NCBI GenBank assembly: GCA_944332995.1
Contig: CALVKR010000004.1
Location: forward strand, 88,504-152,503
DNA length: 64,000 bases
Reading direction: 5' to 3'
Source of the DNA: an uncultured Clostridia bacterium
Lineage (GTDB): Bacteria; Bacillota; Clostridia; Christensenellales; CAG-917
Under the pieces are notes generated by a model. That model was not told the DNA's origin. It worked only from the letters and a program-made list of their open reading frames with translations, and did not search any database. The translations under genes were made by a program, and so were the position numbers. Of this stretch, positions 51,377 to 61,551 are shown piece after piece; within the stretch, counting starts at the first letter, position 1; each line of letters begins with the position of its first letter.

Positions 51377-52639
51377 TTATTTTATAAACTTGTCGCCTAT
51401 ATCGTGTCTGAAATGCATTTTATCGAAACCGATGTTTTCGATTGCCTTATAAGAGAGCGCCTTTGCCTCTTTGAGGCTGTCGCATACGGCGGTGACGCCG
51501 ATAACTCTTCCGCCGTTGGTGACGAGTTTGCCGTCCGCAGTCTTTGTTCCGCTGTGATAGAGCGTCACGTTTTCGGGCAGAGTGCCGATTTTTATCTCTT
51601 TGCCCTTTTCGTATTTTTCGGGATAACCGCCGCTTGCAAGCATAACGCACACGGCGCTTTTGTCGCTCCATTCTATTTTAATATCCGAAAGCCTTTCGTC
51701 GATGACCGCCTCGAATATCTCCACAAGGTCGGATTTGAGCAATGGCAGCACCACCTGCGTTTCGGGGTCTCCGAAGCGGGCGTTGTATTCAATGACCTTT
51801 ACGCCGTCGTCGGTGACGATAAGCCCGAAATACAAAACGCCTTTAAAGGGTCTGCCGAGGTCGTTCATTGCTCGCACGGTGGGAAGCATTATCTTTTCTT
51901 CCACTTCTTTTGCTATCTCTTTTGTATAGAAAGGCGACGGAGCAATCGTTCCCATGCCGCCCGTATTCAAGCCCTCGTCGTTGTCGTTCGCCCTTTTATG
52001 GTCGCAGCTGGGCACCATGGGATATATCGTCTTTGAATCGCAAAAGGACAGCACCGAAACTTCCTTGCCCGTCAAAAACTCCTCTATGACCACCTTTGAT
52101 CCTGCCTTTCCGAAAACTCCCACGTTGAACATATCGTCGAGAGCCTTTTGCGCTTCGGCGTAGCTTTGGCAGATAATGACTCCCTTGCCCAACGCCAAGC
52201 CGTCCGCTTTTACGACAAGCGGATATTTTTGTCCTTTGGCGTAGTCGAGAGCGTTTTCATAGCTGTCGAACGTCTCGTATTTTGCGGTGGGGATACCGTA
52301 TTTTTTCATCATATCCTTTGAAAATGCCTTCGACGCCTCGATAATTGCCGCAGCCTTGTTCGGTCCGAAAGCACGGTGTCCCCTCTTTTGAAGTTCGTCC
52401 ACCAACCCCAAAGCGAGCGGGTCGTCGGGGGCAACGACTGTGAGAGCAATATTTTTGTTTTTATCGACAAAGTCGCAAATGCCCTCTATATCGCAAGGGT
52501 CGATATCCACAAGCGTGGCAATCTCGCCTATGCCCGCATTGCCTTTGGCGCAGTATAATTTACCGCACTTATCGGATTTTTTTAATGCGACGCATATTGC
52601 GTGTTCCCTGCCACCGTTTCCGACAACGAGTATATCCAT
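51377..52639 (-). CDS. purD: phosphoribosylamine--glycine ligase
   Basis: MDILVVGNGGREHAI..ATP-grasp..RFGDPETQ. Confidence 0.95.
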   Translation of the reverse strand: MDILVVGNGGREHAICVALKKSDKCGKLYCAKGNAGIGEIATLVDIDPCDIEGICDFVDKNKNIALTVVAPDDPLALGLVDELQKRGHRAFGPNKAAAIIEASKAFSKDMMKKYGIPTAKYETFDSYENALDYAKGQKYPLVVKADGLALGKGVIICQSYAEAQKALDDMFNVGVFGKAGSKVVIEEFLTGKEVSVLSFCDSKTIYPMVPSCDHKRANDNDEGLNTGGMGTIAPSPFYTKEIAKEVEEKIMLPTVRAMNDLGRPFKGVLYFGLIVTDDGVKVIEYNARFGDPETQVVLPLLKSDLVEIFEAVIDERLSDIKIEWSDKSAVCVMLASGGYPEKYEKGKEIKIGTLPENVTLYHSGTKTADGKLVTNGGRVIGVTAVCDSLKEAKALSYKAIENIGFDKMHFRHDIGDKFIK

Positions 52640-52928
52640 ATGTTCTCCTTATACCTTTTCCGTTTTACTTTGCGTATTTTATAAAAGGCAGGCTTATCCC
52701 GCCTTTTTACAATGTAGTTTGCATTCCGTTTGCAATTTTTTATAAGGCAAAGCCTGCAAAACCGCCTTTTTTTGCGCCACGTTCGCCGTCATATTAAATG
52801 CGAACGTTGTCTTAGCAAACTATCTGACTTCAAGTTTTATCGTTGAAATTTTGTTTTATCGTTAAAACCTGTTTTAATATTTTTTAATTTATAAGCACGG
52901 TTCGGTTTTGCTTTAGCCGCACTGCCTT

Positions 52929-54464
52929 TTAGTGTTTAAAGTGTCTTGTTCCGACAAATATCATTGCGATTCCCGCCTTGTCGCACGCCTCTATCGAAAG
53001 GTCGTCCTTTATGCTTCCGCCCGGCTGAATGATAGCCGTTATCCCTGCCTTTGCCGCCGCCTCAACGCAGTCGGGGAAGGGGAAGAAAGCGTCGGAAGCC
53101 ATAACGCAGCCTTTTGCATTTTCGCCCGCATGCTCGATTGCCTGCTGTGCCGCCCATATTCTGTTTGTCTGACCTGCTCCTATGCCTGCCGTTTTGAAGT
53201 CCTTACCGATGACGATTGCATTAGATTTCGTATGCTTTACCACCTTCCAACAGAATTTGAGCTGTTCCATTTCCTCTTTGGTGGGAGCTTTTTTGGTGAC
53301 GACTTTGACGTCTTTTTCATCGAACAGTTTATCGTCGCCCTGCTGCATGAGCATACCGCCGTAAACCTTTTTCATATCGATAAAGCCGTCTCTTTTGCCG
53401 TTGATGTTGGGCATTTCGAGAAGGCGAATGTTCTGCTTTTGCTCAAGCACCTTAAGAGCGTCTTCGTCAAAGCCCTTTGCAACGACGATTTCAACGAAAA
53501 TCTTGTTTATCTCCTGAGCGGTGGCGAGGTCGACAATTCCGTTGATTGCGATAATGCCGCCGAATATCGAAATTTTGTCCGCTTCGTATGCGTTGATATA
53601 AGCTTCGTGTATCGTCTTGCCGAGTCCCACACCGCAGGGATTTGCGTGCTTTACCGCAACGACGGCGGGGGTATCGAATTCTCTTAAAAGCTCCAAAGCG
53701 CCGTTGGTGTCGTTGATGTTGTTATAGCTGAGTTCCTTTCCGTGAAGCTGACGAGCCTCGGTTATGGAAGTGGGCTTTCTTAATTCGTCGGCGTAGAAAC
53801 AGGCGTTTTGATGCGGATTTTCGCCGTATCTCATATCCTGTTGTTTGGAATATGCAAGCGTTATCGTATCCGGGAAAGTTATGCCGAGCCTTTGCGCCAT
53901 AAAGTTGGATATAAGGCTGTCGTAAACCGCCGTGTGGGCAAACACCTTATATTGAAGATATTTTTTAGTATCCAAAGAAACGCCGCCCGCTTTCATTTCG
54001 TCTATTGCCTTTTTGTAATCGGCAGGGTCGACGAGCACGACTACGTCCTGATAGTTTTTTGCCGCACTTCTTAGCATCGTAGGTCCGCCGATGTCTATGT
54101 TTTCCACCGCCTCGGCAAAATCGACGCCCTCTTTTTGTATCGTCTTTTTGAAAGGATAGAGGTTGACCACCACGACGTCGATTGTGTTTATGCCGAGCTT
54201 TTCAAGCTGAGCCATGTGGTCGGGGTTCGAGCGCATAGCCAAAAGTCCTGCGTGCACGTAAGGGTGCAAAGTCTTTACTCTTCCGTCAAGACATTCCGGG
54301 AAACCCGTTATGTCGCTTATACCTATGACCTTAAGACCTGCGTCTGCCAAAACCTTGTGCGTTCCGCCCGTGGATATTATTTCGTATCCCAAAGCGTCAA
54401 GTTCTTTTGCAAGTTCAACGATTCCCGTTTTATCCGAAACGCTGATGAGTGCTCTTTTTTTCAT
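52929..54464 (-). CDS. purH: bifunctional AICAR transformylase / IMP cyclohydrolase
   Basis: [36 protein letters not shown] chose ATG 54464 (GGAGGA SD) over 54476. Confidence 0.95.
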   Translation of the reverse strand: MKKRALISVSDKTGIVELAKELDALGYEIISTGGTHKVLADAGLKVIGISDITGFPECLDGRVKTLHPYVHAGLLAMRSNPDHMAQLEKLGINTIDVVVVNLYPFKKTIQKEGVDFAEAVENIDIGGPTMLRSAAKNYQDVVVLVDPADYKKAIDEMKAGGVSLDTKKYLQYKVFAHTAVYDSLISNFMAQRLGITFPDTITLAYSKQQDMRYGENPHQNACFYADELRKPTSITEARQLHGKELSYNNINDTNGALELLREFDTPAVVAVKHANPCGVGLGKTIHEAYINAYEADKISIFGGIIAINGIVDLATAQEINKIFVEIVVAKGFDEDALKVLEQKQNIRLLEMPNINGKRDGFIDMKKVYGGMLMQQGDDKLFDEKDVKVVTKKAPTKEEMEQLKFCWKVVKHTKSNAIVIGKDFKTAGIGAGQTNRIWAAQQAIEHAGENAKGCVMASDAFFPFPDCVEAAAKAGITAIIQPGGSIKDDLSIEACDKAGIAMIFVGTRHFKH

Positions 54465-54465
54465 T

Positions 54466-55056
54466 TTATCCTCCATAAACTCCGTTTACTAAATTCTTAA
54501 GTGCAAGCGGTAACATTTCGTGTTCCGCTTTCAATACTCTCTGTTGCAGAGTTTCGGGCGTGTCGCCGTCAAGCACTTCCACCGCCCTCTGCATTAAAAT
54601 TTTGCCCGTATCTGCGCCCTCGTCCACAAAGTGGATTGTTGCGCCCGTTATTTTGACGCCCCTGTCGAGCGCCGCTTTGTGCACTTTTAAACCGTAATAG
54701 CCCATTCCGCAAAAGGACGGAATGAGCGACGGGTGAATGTTTATTATTCTGTTTTTATATTCTCTGACAAAATCTTCGTCCAAAATGGAAAGGTATCCCG
54801 CCAAAACGATATAATCTATGCCGAGCTCTTTAAACATAGCGGATATATCTTTAAACATAGACTTTAAGTCGGGATAGTTTTTTTTGTCAAAAACTTCAAA
54901 ACCTATGCCGTGCGCCTTTGCCCTGTCTATCGCTCCTATTCCCTCTTTTGAGGCAATCATCACCTTAAGATTGCAAAAACGCTCTTTTTCGTTGGCGTCG
55001 ATTATCGATTGAAAATCCGTGCCGCCGCCGCTGCAAAATACGGCTACGTTTTTCAT
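54466..55056 (-). CDS. purN: phosphoribosylglycinamide formyltransferase
   Basis: [45 protein letters not shown]. Confidence 0.95.
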   Translation of the reverse strand: MKNVAVFCSGGGTDFQSIIDANEKERFCNLKVMIASKEGIGAIDRAKAHGIGFEVFDKKNYPDLKSMFKDISAMFKELGIDYIVLAGYLSILDEDFVREYKNRIINIHPSLIPSFCGMGYYGLKVHKAALDRGVKITGATIHFVDEGADTGKILMQRAVEVLDGDTPETLQQRVLKAEHEMLPLALKNLVNGVYGG

Positions 55057-56075
55057 TTTAAAATCACTCCTTCGCCCTTTACCGTCTTGCCGATAACGTA
55101 AGCGTCCTCGCCGAGTTCTTTTAATGCGTCAAGAGTTTTTTGCTCGTCCTCTTTCGCCACCGCAACGACCATACCTATGCCCATATTGAAAGTGTTGTAA
55201 AGCTGTTCGCTGCCAAGCCCGGATTTTTCTTTGATTATTTCAAAGAGGGCGGGAAGCGGATAAGATTTTAAATCTATCTCGCAGCCTATGCCCTTGGGGA
55301 AAATACGAGGAATATTTTCGATAAAGCCGCCGCCCGTGATATGCGCCACGCCCTTTACGTTTACCTTTTGCATGAGCGACAGTATCGTCTTTACGTAAAT
55401 TCTGGTCGGAGTCAAAAGAGCCTCGCCGTATGTTTTACCGAGTCTTGCGTCGAATACGTCCACTTCCGCTTTCGTTTCGCCGAAAAGTTTTCTGACAAGC
55501 GAAAAGCCGTTTGAGTGAACGCCGGACGAGGCAAGACCGATAAGGACGTCACCCTCTTTTATCGTGCTTCCGTTTATCACTTTCGATTTATCGACTATAC
55601 CGACGGCAAAGCCTGCCATATCGTATTCGCCGTCGGGATAAAAGGACGGCATTTCCGCCGTTTCTCCGCCGATGAGCGCACAGCCGGACATCTTGCAACC
55701 TTCCGCCACGCCTTTTACGACGGTAGCGACTTTTTCGGGATCGAGTTTTCCCGTCGCAAAATAGTCGAGGAAGAAAAGCGGCCTTGCGCCTTGGCATACT
55801 ATATCGTTGACGCACATTGCCACGGCGTCTATACCCACCGTGTCGTGCTTGTCGAGGACAAAGGCGTATTTGAGTTTCGTGCCCACGCCGTCCGTGCCTG
55901 CAACGAGAACGGGGTTTGAAATCTTTTCGCCGGAAATATCGTAAAATCCGCCGAACGAGCCGAGGTCGCCGAGCACGTTTTTGTCGTAAGTTTCCTTGAC
56001 GTGTTTTTTCATGAGTTCGACAGCTTTATAACCTCTCGTTACGTCTACGCCGCTGTCGCTGTAAGAGATTGCCAT
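55053..56075 (-). CDS. purM: phosphoribosylformylglycinamidine cyclo-ligase
   Basis: YSDSGVDV..LVAGTDGVGTKL..DAVAMCVNDI..GGETAEMP..HITGGG. Confidence 0.95.
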   Translation of the reverse strand: MAISYSDSGVDVTRGYKAVELMKKHVKETYDKNVLGDLGSFGGFYDISGEKISNPVLVAGTDGVGTKLKYAFVLDKHDTVGIDAVAMCVNDIVCQGARPLFFLDYFATGKLDPEKVATVVKGVAEGCKMSGCALIGGETAEMPSFYPDGEYDMAGFAVGIVDKSKVINGSTIKEGDVLIGLASSGVHSNGFSLVRKLFGETKAEVDVFDARLGKTYGEALLTPTRIYVKTILSLMQKVNVKGVAHITGGGFIENIPRIFPKGIGCEIDLKSYPLPALFEIIKEKSGLGSEQLYNTFNMGIGMVVAVAKEDEQKTLDALKELGEDAYVIGKTVKGEGVILK

Positions 56076-56086
56076 ATTATTCTCCT

Positions 56087-57523
56087 TTATTTATCAAGTA
56101 AAGATTTATCTTCTTTTTCTTTTTTATCCTCAACGATGTAAGGATATTCGCCGTTGAAACAGCCGAGGCAGAAATTCTTTTGATCGGAATGAACGGTTTC
56201 GCAAAGCTCGTCTATCGTAAGATAGTGAAGCGAATCGCAACCGATATAATCTCTTATTTCCTCTTCCGTTCTGAACGCTCCGACAAGCTGAGAATAATCG
56301 TTTGTATCGATGCCGAAATAGCACGGGTGCTTGGATATGGGCGAGCTTATCCTTAAATGCACTTCCTTGGCGCCTGCGTCACGCAGCATCTGAACGATTT
56401 TTTTGCTGGTGGTGCCTCTGACTATAGAGTCGTCTATCAAAATAATCCTCTTTCCGCATACGTTGCTGCGCAGCACGTTCATTTTGACCTTGACGGCGGT
56501 CTCTCTCATTCCTTGCTCGGGCTGAATGAAAGTCCTGCCCACGTATCGGTTTTTTGTCAGAGCCTCACCGTATGGAATACCCGAAACCTCGCTGTATCCC
56601 CTTGCCGCTACTACCGCACTGTCGGGGACGCCTGCCACGAGGTCTGCCTCGACGGGATATTTTCTGGCAAGAATTCTGCCCGATTCCTTTCGTGATGCAT
56701 AGACGCTTATTCCGTCAATCTCGCTGTCGGGACGGGCGAAATATACGTATTCAAATATGCAATGCGCTTTCTTTTCGACGGGTTTGTCGATATGATAAAA
56801 CTCTATGCCGCTTCCGTCGAACACGAGCACTTCGCCCGGCTCCACGTCACGGACAAAGGTAGCTCCGAGAGCGTCGAGAGCGCAGGTTTCGCTTGCCACT
56901 ACGTATTTGTCACCTATCGTGCCAAAGCATAAAGGTCTTATGCCGTAAGGATCCCTGACGGCAATAAGTTTGTCGCTTGACATCAACACGAAAGAATATG
57001 AGCCTTTAAAATATTTGCAGGCTTCCAAAACTCCTTCCACCACGCTGTTGGTGCTGTATTTGTTGATGAGGAGCGCCATGACTTCGCTGTCTATCGATGT
57101 CTGAAAAACTCCGTTTTCGGCTATGAGCGCGTCACGAAGCTGTTTCGTATTTATAAGGTTGCCGTTGTGAGCAAGAGCCATTTTGCCCATTTTACCGATA
57201 AAGTATATGGGCTGAGCGTTGCACAGTTTGCTCGCTCCCGTCGTGGAATATCTGACGTGTCCTATGGCGATATTGCCCTCGGGAAGAGTTTCAAGCCTTG
57301 CGGAATTGAAGACCTCGGGCACCAAACCCATGTCTTTGTAGTATTCTATTCTCTTGCCGTTTCCAACCGCTATACCGCAGCTTTCCTGACCGCGGTGTTG
57401 AAGTGCAAACAAGCCGTAATACGCTGTGTTGGCGATGGAATACGTTTCCGGAGAAATAATTCCTATGACGCCGCATTCCTCGTTGAAACTGTCAAACGGC
57501 ATTTTTTTTGTTCGCAAATACAT
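56087..57523 (-). CDS. purF: amidophosphoribosyltransferase
   Basis: Propeptide then CGVIGI, GIAHVRYSTTG, and the PRTase loop ILIDDSIVRGTT. I chose ATG 57523 (GAGGTG SD). The alternatives are 57529 and 57502. Confidence 0.9.
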   Translation of the reverse strand: MYLRTKKMPFDSFNEECGVIGIISPETYSIANTAYYGLFALQHRGQESCGIAVGNGKRIEYYKDMGLVPEVFNSARLETLPEGNIAIGHVRYSTTGASKLCNAQPIYFIGKMGKMALAHNGNLINTKQLRDALIAENGVFQTSIDSEVMALLINKYSTNSVVEGVLEACKYFKGSYSFVLMSSDKLIAVRDPYGIRPLCFGTIGDKYVVASETCALDALGATFVRDVEPGEVLVFDGSGIEFYHIDKPVEKKAHCIFEYVYFARPDSEIDGISVYASRKESGRILARKYPVEADLVAGVPDSAVVAARGYSEVSGIPYGEALTKNRYVGRTFIQPEQGMRETAVKVKMNVLRSNVCGKRIILIDDSIVRGTTSKKIVQMLRDAGAKEVHLRISSPISKHPCYFGIDTNDYSQLVGAFRTEEEIRDYIGCDSLHYLTIDELCETVHSDQKNFCLGCFNGEYPYIVEDKKEKEDKSLLDK

Positions 57524-57537
57524 ATTCACCTCAAAAA

Positions 57538-58251
57538 CTAAATCTTTTCACCCATAAGACGCATTAAGATTTCTTCGTACGCCTCCTCGACTCCTCCGAG
57601 GTCACGGCGGAATCTGTCCTTGTCGAGTTTCTGGTGAGTCGTGCTGTCCCAGAATCTGCAAGTGTCGGGAGAAATCTCGTCCGCCAAAATAATTCTGCCG
57701 TCATAGCGTCCGAATTCGAGTTTAAAGTCGACAAGTTCGATATTGAGATTTGCAAGGTATTTTGTCAGAAATTCGTTTACCTTGAGCGACATTTTGGTGA
57801 TTTGCTCGAGTTCCTCTTTGGTGGCGAGTCCGATTGCCGCAATGTGGTAGTCGTTTATCATCGGGTCGCCGAGTTCGTCGTTTTTGTAGCAAAATTCCAA
57901 AACGGTGGATTTAAGTGGCGTTCCCTCTTCGAGACCGAGACGTTTGGCAAGGCTTCCTGCCGCTATGTTTCTGACGATAACTTCGATGGGGACGATTTCC
58001 ACTTTTTTGACGAGCGTTTCTCTGTCCGAAAGTTGCTTAATGTAGTGAGTTTCAATGCCTTCCTTTTCAAGCATCTGCATCAAAAAGTTGGTTACTTTAT
58101 TGTTTACGACGCCCTTATTTAAAATCGTGCCCTTTTTCAAACCGTTAAAAGCGGTGGCATCGTCTTTGTAGTCGACCAAAACTACCTTGGGATCGTCGGT
58201 TGCGTATACTTTTTTTGCTTTTCCTTCATAAAGCTGTTCTTTCTTTTCCAT
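57538..58251 (-). CDS. purC: phosphoribosylaminoimidazole-succinocarboxamide synthase
   Basis: [34 protein letters not shown]. Confidence 0.95.
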   Translation of the reverse strand: MEKKEQLYEGKAKKVYATDDPKVVLVDYKDDATAFNGLKKGTILNKGVVNNKVTNFLMQMLEKEGIETHYIKQLSDRETLVKKVEIVPIEVIVRNIAAGSLAKRLGLEEGTPLKSTVLEFCYKNDELGDPMINDYHIAAIGLATKEELEQITKMSLKVNEFLTKYLANLNIELVDFKLEFGRYDGRIILADEISPDTCRFWDSTTHQKLDKDRFRRDLGGVEEAYEEILMRLMGEKI

Positions 58252-58312
58252 TTTGTATCTCCTTAAAATGATTTTAATTTATAAAACAATTTAAAAAGCC
58301 CTTTAAGACATT

Positions 58313-58795
58313 TTAGTCTTTAAGAGCTTCGTCGTCCTTTCTTATTTTATCCGCCATATTTTGTTTGTAGGCAGAAAACTTTTGTGCGAGCGCAGTATCC
58401 TCGATTGCGAGCATTTGAACCGCAAGCAAACCTGCGTTTAATCCGGCACCCACTCCCACGCTTGCCACGGGAACGCCTTGCGGCATTTGCACTATCGACA
58501 GCAGGCTGTCAAGACCGCCCATCATAGACGTCTGTATCGGCAATCCGATAACCGGAAGCGTCGTTCTCGCCGCCAAAACTCCGCCGAGGTGTGCGGCTTT
58601 TCCCGCCGCCGCTATAATGACGCCCAAGCCTCTGTCACGTGCCGTCGATGCATATTCGTCTGCCTCGTCGGGCGTGCGGTGCGCCGATATTATCCTCACT
58701 TCCGTTTCAACGCCGAAATCTTTTAGGACGTCAATCGCCTGTTTAACTACGTCGTAGTCGGATTTGCTACCCATCAAAATGCCTACTTTCTTCAT
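58313..58795 (-). CDS. purE: 5-(carboxyamino)imidazole ribonucleotide mutase (class I signature)
   Basis: VGILMGSKSD..IISAHRTPD..AAAGKAAHLGGV. Confidence 0.9.
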   Translation of the reverse strand: MKKVGILMGSKSDYDVVKQAIDVLKDFGVETEVRIISAHRTPDEADEYASTARDRGLGVIIAAAGKAAHLGGVLAARTTLPVIGLPIQTSMMGGLDSLLSIVQMPQGVPVASVGVGAGLNAGLLAVQMLAIEDTALAQKFSAYKQNMADKIRKDDEALKD

Positions 58796-58854
58796 AACTA
58801 CCTCATAGATAATATATCAAATTTAAAAAATTTAGTAAAGCAAATTGAGCCGTG

Positions 58855-59736
58855 TCAGACTTTTTCTTTTATCTTTTTGATAAATTGCCTTATCTCGTCA
58901 AACGATTGCTTTGCACCTGCCGCACCCAATACGAACAAAAACAGTTTCGGGTCGTAGCTGAGTTTTTTGTCCGATACGGCAAGCGATTTGACCTGTTTAA
59001 ATTCCTCTGATTTTTTCAAAACGAGTTCCTTTAAAAATTCAAACTTTTCGCCGTCGTCCCCCGAACATTCCGTTTTATCCTCGCCTATATTAAATAAAAA
59101 TGCGAATTTGTTAAGCCGCAGGGCGATACTCTCCAAAACGAGGACGCTTTCGGCGGCATAGTCGTCGTCCTCTGCACAGTCGAGATTGTTGAGCGGCAGT
59201 CTTGTAAAGCCTAAAAGGGCGCATTCCTCGTTTAAATCTACGGGATACGCCGTTCCCTTTTTGTCGCAAACGGAAAGACAGTCCGCCCTCGAATAAAGGC
59301 CGAGGAGCCTGACGTAGTCCCTTATAAGCCCCAGCGCAAACGCCGAAACAACGTAGTTGGCAGGATAATCCTGTCCCTCGAAAAACACCGTTTCCTCCAC
59401 GTCGGAAAAAGAGCATAACCGTTCAATCTGAGCGAGCACTTCGTCGGCAGTCTTTTTTAAACCTCTTAAAAAGAACAGCCTTTTTGCCGTCGAGGCGATC
59501 TCCGATTCCCCCGTTGCCGTATATGCTTTTTTGTAAAGCTTTGGGAGCCTTTTTTCAAGTTCGCAACTTAAATCGATATCTTCGCCTGCCGTGCCTCGGT
59601 TTATTTCAAACAGGATTTTTTGCAACGCTCCGACAATGTGCGAGACTTCCTCTTTGGTGATAACGTTTACTTTACCAAGCATAATGGTGTGCGAAAGCAT
59701 CACGTTGATTTTTTCTTTTATATAACTTTTTCCCAT
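58855..59736 (-). CDS. argininosuccinate-lyase-like protein, truncated and lacking the catalytic signatures (probable pseudoenzyme)
   Basis: It is colinear by eye with ArgH: LSHTIMLGKVNVITKEEVSHIVGALQKI, EDIDLSCELEKRL, and TATGESEIAST in place of TGRSRNDQVAT. It has no GSSxMPxKxN loop. 293 aa from ATG 59736 (GAGGAA SD). Confidence 0.6.
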   Translation of the reverse strand: MGKSYIKEKINVMLSHTIMLGKVNVITKEEVSHIVGALQKILFEINRGTAGEDIDLSCELEKRLPKLYKKAYTATGESEIASTAKRLFFLRGLKKTADEVLAQIERLCSFSDVEETVFFEGQDYPANYVVSAFALGLIRDYVRLLGLYSRADCLSVCDKKGTAYPVDLNEECALLGFTRLPLNNLDCAEDDDYAAESVLVLESIALRLNKFAFLFNIGEDKTECSGDDGEKFEFLKELVLKKSEEFKQVKSLAVSDKKLSYDPKLFLFVLGAAGAKQSFDEIRQFIKKIKEKV

Positions 59737-59771
59737 AGTTTCCTCAGTCCTTAACACGATTTAAATTGCGC

Positions 59772-59800
59772 CTTAAATTAAAAGCACGGCAAGCCGTGCT
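59772..59800 (-). terminator. weak intrinsic terminator after aspS
   Basis: Minus sense AGCACGG-CTTG-CCGTGCT followed by TTTAATTT. The interrupted U-tract makes read-through likely. Confidence 0.45.
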
Positions 59801-59805
59801 CGGTT

Positions 59806-61551
59806 TTATTTTTTTTGGTCGTCTGCAAGCTTTATTCCCACTTCCTTTAACTGAAGCTCGGTAACTTCGCTCGGGGCGTTCATCAGAAGGTCTTGAGCGT
59901 TCTTGTTCATCGGGAAAGCGATAACCTCTCTTATGTTTGGCTCGCCTAGCAGCAACATGACCATTCTGTCCACTCCGGGAGCGATTCCTGCGTGAGGCGG
60001 AGCTCCGAATTTGAACGCAGAGAACAGTGCGTTGAATTTTTTCTCTATCGTTTCCACGCCGTAGCCGGCTATCTCGAACGCCTTTATCATAATTTGCGGA
60101 TCGTGATTTCTGACTGCGCCCGACGAGAGTTCCACGCCGTTGCATACGAGGTCGTATTGATAAGCGTAAATATCGAGGGGGTTCATTTCCTCGAGCGCTT
60201 TCATACCGCCCTGCGGCATACTGAACGGATTGTGCGAAAACTCTATCTCGCCCGTCTCCTCGTTTTCCTCATACATATGGAAGTCGACTATCCAGCAAAA
60301 TCTGAACACGTCTTTTTCGATTAGACCGAGAGCGGCGCCCATTTCGTTTCGCATAAGTCCCGCCACCTTGACGGCTACGTTTTTATCTTCCGCCACAAAG
60401 GCGACGAAATCGTTTTTGGTGAGAGCGAGAGCTTTTTTGACTTCCTCTTTTAAAGGCTGTATAAACTTTGCCGCACCGCCGACAATCTCTCCGTTTTCGT
60501 CCGTCTTAAACCAATAAAGGCTTGACGCACCGTTGAGTTTTGCCGTTTCGACAAAGCCGTCTATCTGTTTTCTCGTTCCGCCGAAGTTTTCCACCTTGAT
60601 AGCCTTTATCGTCTTGCCCTCGGTGAAGGGAGCCGCCTTTTGAAGCATATCCGTCATATCTACGACTTTGAGAGGATTTCTGAGGTCGGGTTTATCCGAA
60701 CAGTAGTCCCTCATTGCGTCGTCGAATTTTATGCGTTTGAAGGGAGCGGAATCGACTTGCCACTTTGAAAACTCTTTGAACACCTCGGGAATGACCGCTT
60801 CCATTTCGGTGAAGACGTCCTCCTGCGTGGCGAAAGCCATTTCCATATCCAGCTGATAAAACTCGCCGGGGGAACGATCCGCTCTTGCGTCCTCGTCCCT
60901 AAAACAAGGAGCGATTTGGAAGTATTTATCGAAACCGCTTGCCATCAAAAGCTGTTTGTATTGCTGAGGCGCCTGCGGAAGTGCGTAAAATTTGCCGGGG
61001 TGAAGCCTTGACGGAACGATAAAGTCCCTTGCGCCCTCCGGCGACGACGACGTCAGAATTGGCGTCGTGATTTCCAAAAAGCCTCTGTCGCTCATTCTCT
61101 TTCTGAGGCAGGATATAACATGACTTCTGAACGCTATCTTCTCTTTATTTACGGGATTTCTTAAATCGAGAAAACGGTATTTGAGACGGGTGTCCTCTCT
61201 CGACTGCGTTGAAGTGGAAATTTCAAACGGCAAAAGCTCCTCGCACTTTCCGAGAATCTCAATCGATGTGGGCTCGATTTCAATGTATCCCGTCTTGAGG
61301 TCGGGGTTGGGACTTTCCCTTTCGATGACCTTGCCGTCAATCATTATCGTGGACTCTCGGGGAATACTTCTTATCTGTTCTTTAAGTTCTTCCGTTTTGG
61401 CAACCGCCTGAGTCACTCCGTAAAAATCCCTGAGGACAAAAAAGACGACGGCGCCGAGGTCCCTGACCGAATGAAGCCAGCCGGAAAGCCTTACCGTTTC
61501 GCCGACGTTTTTTATTGTTAAATCGTTGCAAGTATGAGTTCTGAATGTCAT
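59806..61551 (-). CDS. aspS: aspartate--tRNA ligase (bacterial type)
   Basis: GWLHSVRDLG..FYALPQAPQQYKQLLM..QIAPCFRDEDARADRSPGEFYQLDMEMAF..GAPPHAGIAPGVDR. Confidence 0.95.
   Translation of the reverse strand: MTFRTHTCNDLTIKNVGETVRLSGWLHSVRDLGAVVFFVLRDFYGVTQAVAKTEELKEQIRSIPRESTIMIDGKVIERESPNPDLKTGYIEIEPTSIEILGKCEELLPFEISTSTQSREDTRLKYRFLDLRNPVNKEKIAFRSHVISCLRKRMSDRGFLEITTPILTSSSPEGARDFIVPSRLHPGKFYALPQAPQQYKQLLMASGFDKYFQIAPCFRDEDARADRSPGEFYQLDMEMAFATQEDVFTEMEAVIPEVFKEFSKWQVDSAPFKRIKFDDAMRDYCSDKPDLRNPLKVVDMTDMLQKAAPFTEGKTIKAIKVENFGGTRKQIDGFVETAKLNGASSLYWFKTDENGEIVGGAAKFIQPLKEEVKKALALTKNDFVAFVAEDKNVAVKVAGLMRNEMGAALGLIEKDVFRFCWIVDFHMYEENEETGEIEFSHNPFSMPQGGMKALEEMNPLDIYAYQYDLVCNGVELSSGAVRNHDPQIMIKAFEIAGYGVETIEKKFNALFSAFKFGAPPHAGIAPGVDRMVMLLLGEPNIREVIAFPMNKNAQDLLMNAPSEVTELQLKEVGIKLADDQKK

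Noticed and set aside
52897-52909. AAAACCGAACCGT, considered as a B. subtilis-type PurBox for PurR control of purD.
   Set aside because: It is a single copy with two mismatches. There is no inverted partner at the expected spacing. It overlaps the AAACCGA repeat vocabulary seen elsewhere.
58796-59805. Purine or ZTP riboswitch in front of the pur operon.
   Set aside because: The spacers before purE (59 nt) and before the ArgH-like gene (about 35 nt after the aspS terminator) are too short. They contain no G-box or pfl-motif sequences.
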